A DNA stretch of 64,000 nucleotides. Source: Sporopachydermia quercuum. Lineage: Eukaryota. Shown piece by piece: positions 57,944 to 64,000 of the stretch. The stretch is from positions 2,046,001-2,110,000 of the forward strand of contig BCGN01000001.1 of the NCBI GenBank assembly GCA_001599295.1. The letters are read 5' to 3'. The notes under the pieces were generated by a model. That model worked only from the letters and a program-made list of their open reading frames with translations. It had not been told where the DNA came from and did not search any database. Position 1 is the first letter of the stretch; each line of letters begins with the position of its first letter. The translations under genes and the position numbers were made by a program.

Positions 57944-59216
57944 TTACTCCGTATAGGAATTATCTTTACTTTCAGACTCTTCCTTGGTGTGTTCCTCACT
58001 ATCTTTCTCCGTTTTACATTGTGTTCTAATACCATTAACAAATCCTTCAATTCCTTCTTTCTGATATCGAAAACCAAAATCGTTGGATAAAAATCGACCA
58101 ACTGGTGCACCTCCTTCCAATTCTGAGTTTCTTAGGGCATCAGAAAGAGTTTCAACAGCACGATAGAAGAATGGAGAAGTGATTATTTCAATTAAGGATT
58201 TTTTGGTTTTTGGTAGTGTTGATGGGATAGAATTGTATAGATCATTAAGTAAAGGGTCGTTCTCAAATAATGAAGATATCATTTTAGCTAGTTCTGGTAT
58301 AGGAACAATATGGTTGATGGAGATAATTGGTACGAATGCTTCAGAATTGGTTGAATGATTAGGTTGTGAACCGACTGCTTGTTTCAAGATATTGGCCATG
58401 TTTCGAATAGCTGTTCTGCAATGAATGTTAGTATACAGGATAAACGATTTAAGGGATAGTGAAAAGAACTAGACGAATCGTGAAAGTAAAACAAGACTCC
58501 AACAACAAATAATAAAGGAACATTTGCAAGAAATACTCTGGAGTATCTCTTACTCTAGTTGCAATAAATGCTCTTTGTGATCGCAATACCTAATGATAAT
58601 CAAATAGTATGACTATGCATCATTGATTCTTTATCATTTGATGCAATAACAAATCAATCTCAAAACTTTATCAACAAAAACAAAAGACATACAAATCANT
58701 AATTGCTTACCTTGTAGACTCTTCAGTGGTTGATTCAGCTTTTGGTTTATCTTCTACAGCATCAGTCATGACTTCATCACCAGTATCCGGAGTCTCCTCT
58801 TCTTCTTCTAATACGCTTTCATCAAGTAACTTATCCATAGTTTCCTTGGTCTTTTTATCCTCTTCCGTAAGTTTTTCAGGTTCATCATCTATTCCTCCGC
58901 TCTGTAGCCAATAAAAACTCTTTTCACCAGATGAATTGAATCTAATAGCAAATACCCTTCCCGATTTACATTGCTTTATATGTTTCCATTCTGCGTCGCC
59001 TGGAAACAGAAGCAATTCTTGCTTTTTATCATCGTTTCCACTCACAATGTTTCCTCTTGGTTCCCAAACAAAACTGAGAATGGTTGGGTCTTCTTCTGAT
59101 TTGGTTATAGTTACTTGTCCTTTCATGTCTACTGGAGTTGCCACATGAGTCTCCTCATTATAGTCAACGATTCCAGCTTTGAAACTTAGTATAGGAGCTT
59201 GAGCTGCAGATGTCAT
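57944..59216 (-). CDS. RPN13: Proteasome ubiquitin receptor Rpn13 (Pru plus C-terminal DEUBAD-like domain; spliced, ~325 aa)
   Basis: Exon 1 59216-58711: Pru motifs FKAG, KGQV, FVWEPR, LLLFPGD, SGRVFAIRF, FYWLQ. Intron 58710-58416 (GTAAGC, tactaac, gcAG) joins in frame (R-TAIRN-MANIL) to the 57944-58399 ORF, which contains SPFFYRAVETLSDAL..GIEGFVNGI. Confidence 0.9.
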
Positions 59217-59755
59217 TTTTGGTATTAATGAATGAGTACGCGATTGCTGCTTGGATTAAGATTTCAGAAAGATTCAAAGAAGAAATTGTAATCGTGAATG
59301 GTTGTAGATCAACTTATAAGCGGAGCCAAGTGAAAAACGCCTTTGATGTATTGACAATAGTATGTGCGTAGTATGTTAGTTTGGTGATGCTTATTAGGTT
59401 TGTACGAGGTATGTGAGACGAGGTGTCAGATCAAAATATCTGTGCCTTAATTTTATGTTAGGGTGTAAGGGTGTACAAGAACAGAACTTCGTAAACTTTA
59501 TTTATTGTCTTACATCAAGTCTCCTTTTGCTGTATCAGAAGAGATTCAGTAGGTGATACAAGTGGAATTTTATGAGGAACATACGATCATCAANGGCTAT
59601 TTATGTTCAGGAGATCTTGAGGGTTTTTCTTCATTTAGTTAATGTAATATAATCGCTATTGATGTTACTTTTATGAGCTAGGTAGTTTAGTTGGTTGCTT
59701 TGTTTTCTTGCTTATACTTTTTTGATAGAGGCATTGAAAAGTAGGGAGACTAACA

Positions 59756-60398
59756 ATGGGTTCCCAAGAAGAGACTTTTCCACCAAAAGAGATTCAAGAG
59801 TTACTTCAGAAGATCTCAAGCAAATTGATAGAGAAAAATGAAACAATTGCTGTGTCAGAAGCTGCTTGTGGAGGGTTGATTTCTGCTTATTTAGTTTCTG
59901 TTCCTGGGGCCTCAAAGTATTATCAAGGAGGAACACTTGTCTATTCACTGAAGAGTAGACTGAAGCTCAGTGGGTGGGATGAGAGTGATATTGAAAGTTA
60001 TACGTAAGTTTGATATAATGTGACCTTTTGCTGATGAATAACTTTTTAGAAAGAATCACTAACAAAATTGTAGAGGTCCTTCACAGACTGTAGTCAAACG
60101 ATTAGCAAGGAATCTGAAAATTGAGTTTGGTTCAACGTATTCCTTATCAGAATCTGGATACGCAGGTCCTACTGGTGGTCCTCACTCTAAGGAAGACAAC
60201 GAGTTAACTTCTAATTCTGGTTCCAATGGAGATAATGATCCTCCTGGAACATTGTATATAGCNGTTATTGGTAGATCTGGTGAATATTCAAAGAAGATAA
60301 ATACCAGAACAAGCGATAGAGGAAGTAACATGAAAGAGTTTGCTAAAGAAGCCTTGGTATTTTTGTTGGATGTAATGGAGAAGGAAAGTAATGACTAA
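59756..60398 (+). CDS. CinA C-terminal / PncC (NMN deamidase)-like protein (spliced, ~190 aa)
   Basis: Exon 1 59756-60003 (IAVSEAACGGLISAYLVSVPGASKYYQGGTLVYS); intron 60004-60073 (GTAAGT, cactaac, gtAG); exon 2 has LSESGYAGPTGG, PGTLYIAV and RGSNMKEFA. Confidence 0.88.
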
Positions 60399-61991
60399 GC
60401 CTTTATGGGTTATAAGAGAATATAAATAGCGGGTAAAGTCCATTGTTACTTCAGTCAGTATTCAATGGTGCAAATAATGAGTCTCAATGAATAGTCTTTT
60501 TCTTTTTTTAATGATCTTTGAATGGGAAAGGGTTGATTGAAGTGAGGCTATTAGTATTAGTTTTACGACCAGTAGTACTTGGTACTATCACTAGTAATCC
60601 TGTGCTTGAAACCATCAAAGCTAACGCTTTATTCGTAAACTTATGTCGTTGTTTAAATTTTCAAAACAGCATAGAAAGATGTGGATTAACTAATAGTGAT
60701 CGAGCAATTATCTCATTAGTGAATCCCTCTTTATCCTTCAACATTTCAGTCAGCCATGCCAACAAGTTACCTAAACATTCCTAGGCAAATCTGCATGAAG
60801 GTTTACTCCATAACCGCTGTTAATACTTTCATCATGAAATACTTCTTTAGTTGAACTATTAATTAGTTGATAAATGATTATCCAATCCACTTCTCATCCT
60901 CTATCTTTTTTCTCTTCTCAGTTTTAATGGTTTCTGGTGGGTTTAAGTTTGGGATTCCAGGTTGAGCGTGGTGAGAGTTCCCTAAATAGGGAATGGCATG
61001 TCAGGCAATTGTAGTTTTAAGATTTAATCTGCGTCAAGATGCATAAATGAAGCGGGTACAACAAAGGTTAATTTTAGCCAGCAGAGATCAGCTGAACAGG
61101 AGCACTAAAGAAATTGTACAAGGATTCGTTGTTCTTGCTTGAAACTAGCACTTTGTTTGTTTGCATTTAATATCACATGATAGTCGACTGATTTAGGTTG
61201 TCATTCCACTTTCAGCTGTTTAAACAAATAGCTATCGAGTCAAATTTGGTTCCTGAAGGTTTTCACCGTGAGATTAAACAATGAACAAATTAAAGTTGCC
61301 TTACTCTTAAACTCAATTTATCCTGTCAACTCTAAAAAATACCCTCTCCCTTCTCTATAGAGCGTTCAGTATTAGTACCAAGACTAACAATCAATACCAG
61401 AATAAAATTATCATCCATTATAACCCACTCTGCCGTCTTTTTCTAATAAAGTAACATACATTCATTGCACTTACGATTTCTCTGAGTTTTCTCATACTGA
61501 GTTCTCTTCTCACTTAAGATTTACCGTATGTTAAAACCTACTCAAATTTAAGTTTCTTTCACTTTTAACCTTATTCACCGGCAGTGTGAAATTTTTGTGT
61601 CTCCAAACATTTCTCACTCCCCACCCGTTTATTACCTATCTCACGATACAATACGACACTTTCCATACTAATACTTGAGATCTGTATAATATATAATCTG
61701 TCATAGCATCAATTGCGGCTATTCGTGTAACATCTACTCAATGGTTTTATTTGAGAGGATTAAAGTTGTCTATTTCCTCATTGTAAAGNCCCAAACCAGA
61801 TAGTTTTGAGTGGAGTTAGTATGGCAACCTGAATGCCTGTGGACTAACTGGTAATTCGTATCAAATATCTGTCTCTGTTTCTACTGTTGACTAATCGCTG
61901 GTTATTACTATTATACGAAGTCATTTGAATATTTGTTCATTTTGTTATTGTTGTTGTTAGCTATAATTTAGATGCAATTCTACAATTCACA

Positions 61992-64000
61992 ATGACAGAG
62001 TTGTCTTCAGTTTATCCAGTGTCTAAAGATACACCAGAAGGAACTAAATCATGGATCCCTCTCAGGTGCTTTGCTCGTGGGAAAGTTCTTCGATCATGGA
62101 ACTGTCCTGAAAGTGCGAAGCAGAAACTAAATGACAGAAATTCGAACCATACAGCATTCAAATTAAATCCATTTATTGATATTACTCTTGGTGATGAAGC
62201 CTACGTATTTGAAATCCATAAATCGGGAAAATGGGGAAGAGCTTACATATTCACATTACCTGATGAACTATCTTATTTACATGGAGCGATTTTGTCGGAG
62301 AAAAATGTTGCAATCAACTCAAAAATAAATTCCGAGCTTGAGAAAGCGAAACTGGATAAGCTCTATCGAACAATTGATCACTCAAATGTGAAGGTTGGGG
62401 TAATTCCATTAGGAAATCTTCATGTTTATGAACAAATTGAATTTGATGATAACACTTCAATGCCCAACAAAAAACACTCGAAAGAAAGTTTTATATCCCT
62501 AGAAACTCTTCAGCCAGCATTAAGTGTTACCAACGGGAAAACAAAGCCACCCCTACCTTATATTCACCAAAGGAAGTATGATTTGACATCATCTACACCT
62601 AGTGCAAATAAAAATATCCTTGATGATATTAGGCTTACTTTGCATAAATGGTATCGAAACTATTTTCTACGGTTCTATGTTGACAGCGACTATACTGTTT
62701 TCACGAAGCTTGCTAATATTATCGACGAATTGAATAGCCTGTACATCAAATTAGAGTATGATTTGCTAACTAAGGGTGAATTGGTAATTGCTTATAACAG
62801 GACAATTTATCTACTGAATGCTGGATCAAAACTGTTGAACTACAGTCATATTTCTTTCACATCAACTGCAGGATCAATTGCTGAACCAATTGTTGTTAGA
62901 AGGCCAGCTATTGCATCCAATAACACAAACTCAGGCGAAGACACTGATAATTCGTTATTTGGTCGGTTATGCGAACAAGGCGTTGATTATCCTGTTGAAA
63001 CAGCTAAACAACAAGTCCAAATGTCTTTGGCGCAAAATTACCCTACTATAGCCAATACAGAAGAAATAGAAGAAAAAGCCGGTGGAATGATGCCAAGTGA
63101 TGTTCTAGTTGATTTTAAAGCTGTTGCTGGTGATGAGTCTCTAACCAATGGTAAATTCACTGCTTATTTATATCTTCGCAATAAATCAAGAAGGATCTCC
63201 CAATCTTTTGCTATTCATATTAGCAAACGTGATGATTTTTCTTTATCTCAATTATCTGCTGCTTTGTTTAAAAATGTTCCTGCTTCTGAATATCTTAAAA
63301 GTAAGATTTACTTAGTAGCTGTATTAACAGAAGAAGTAACTATTGAGAAATCTACTACTATGAACACTAATGGCATTACTAGTACTAATGAAGCACCTGT
63401 TGGGCATACTGCTAATAACTCAAAATATGAATCAAACAATAGTAGGAAATTTAGAAGAGGAATTGCTGGGGGTGCTACCGATATTTCCAGAATCTTCCGC
63501 ATGCACGAAGGTGTTGAGAATGAGTTTATAATTCGTCTTTATTCTTCTTTCTTTACTCATAAAGATCCTAGTATTGATAATAAAGGATGGGGTCACTTGA
63601 TCGATAGAATTATTACTGGTAATAAAAAGGGAGTTGCTACAAATCCTCAAGCAAGTCAAATCGTTGTTACAGTGAAAGAATTTCGTGGTAGAATTAACAA
63701 TAATGTTAAGAGTTCCAATAATAGTGGTAGTGAATCTACTATTATTAGTACCAAAAAATCCATAGTTGGGAACAACTCAATTGCTGTTATCCCAAGTTTA
63801 TTTTATTCTCCAACTCTTGAATCGTCTTTAGCTCTTGATTCGGATACTTCTTATGTTCATATAGGAGAAGTGAATATTTTACCTTACGGTCAGACTCAGC
63901 TTAGAATCAATAAAAATGATTTAATAACGGTTCAGTTGGCTTTCTCAAATACTCATTTACAATTTCGAAAAGCAGCAAATGATGTTCTCATGAAAAAATG
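61992..64000 (+). CDS. DCK1: DOCK-family Rho GEF Dck1, 5' part (runs off the window end)
   Basis: ATG at 61992 opens a frame absent from the track, consistent with no stop before the window end. SH3-like start (WIPLRCFARGKV..LGDEAYVFE..GKWGRAY..VGVIP). The same frame near 63450-63690 reads RRGIAGGATDISRIF..KGWGHLIDRII..GVATNP..VVTVKEF. Confidence 0.88.
   Translation, partial: MTELSSVYPVSKDTPEGTKSWIPLRCFARGKVLRSWNCPESAKQKLNDRNSNHTAFKLNPFIDITLGDEAYVFEIHKSGKWGRAYIFTLPDELSYLHGAILSEKNVAINSKINSELEKAKLDKLYRTIDHSNVKVGVIPLGNLHVYEQIEFDDNTSMPNKKHSKESFISLETLQPALSVTNGKTKPPLPYIHQRKYDLTSSTPSANKNILDDIRLTLHKWYRNYFLRFYVDSDYTVFTKLANIIDELNSLYIKLEYDLLTKGELVIAYNRTIYLLNAGSKLLNYSHISFTSTAGSIAEPIVVRRPAIASNNTNSGEDTDNSLFGRLCEQGVDYPVETAKQQVQMSLAQNYPTIANTEEIEEKAGGMMPSDVLVDFKAVAGDESLTNGKFTAYLYLRNKSRRISQSFAIHISKRDDFSLSQLSAALFKNVPASEYLKSKIYLVAVLTEEVTIEKSTTMNTNGITSTNEAPVGHTANNSKYESNNSRKFRRGIAGGATDISRIFRMHEGVENEFIIRLYSSFFTHKDPSIDNKGWGHLIDRIITGNKKGVATNPQASQIVVTVKEFRGRINNNVKSSNNSGSESTIISTKKSIVGNNSIAVIPSLFYSPTLESSLALDSDTSYVHIGEVNILPYGQTQLRINKNDLITVQLAFSNTHLQFRKAANDVLMKK

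Noticed and set aside
1..64000. CRISPR arrays, prokaryotic defence systems, tRNA/rRNA genes, LTR or DNA transposons
   Set aside because: This is spliced eukaryotic housekeeping DNA. I saw no repeat-spacer array, tRNA A/B-box cloverleaf, terminal repeats or transposase/RT motifs, although small RNAs could be missed by eye.

Overview
This is eukaryotic DNA: an AT-rich budding-yeast (Saccharomycotina-type) chromosome segment in the standard genetic code, with short spliceosomal introns (GTATGT/GTAAGT donor, CTAAC-core branch, TAG/CAG acceptor) and scattered single N bases. I can support 19 protein-coding genes: SDH2, ATG10, GOS1, an aquaglyceroporin, TCD1/2, LEU5, NAT2-like, RTC5, RIO1, SEN1, DPH2, CNB1, ATG28-like, URA4, a BTB protein, NUM1, RPN13, a CinA/PncC-like protein and the 5' part of DCK1. 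Seven are spliced and are split or truncated in the ORF track, and DCK1 is missing from it. I recognised no tRNA, rRNA, CRISPR array or intact transposon. The strongest unexplained signal is kilobase-scale domains of CCG/CGG (TCCGA/TCGGA-type) enrichment that override codon usage in SEN1, RTC5 and NUM1 and recur in intergenic clusters. Next is an RPN13 intron with two competing donors that could switch the C-terminal DEUBAD-like domain on or off. Gene names come from motif recognition by eye, not database searches, and all counts are approximate hand counts.
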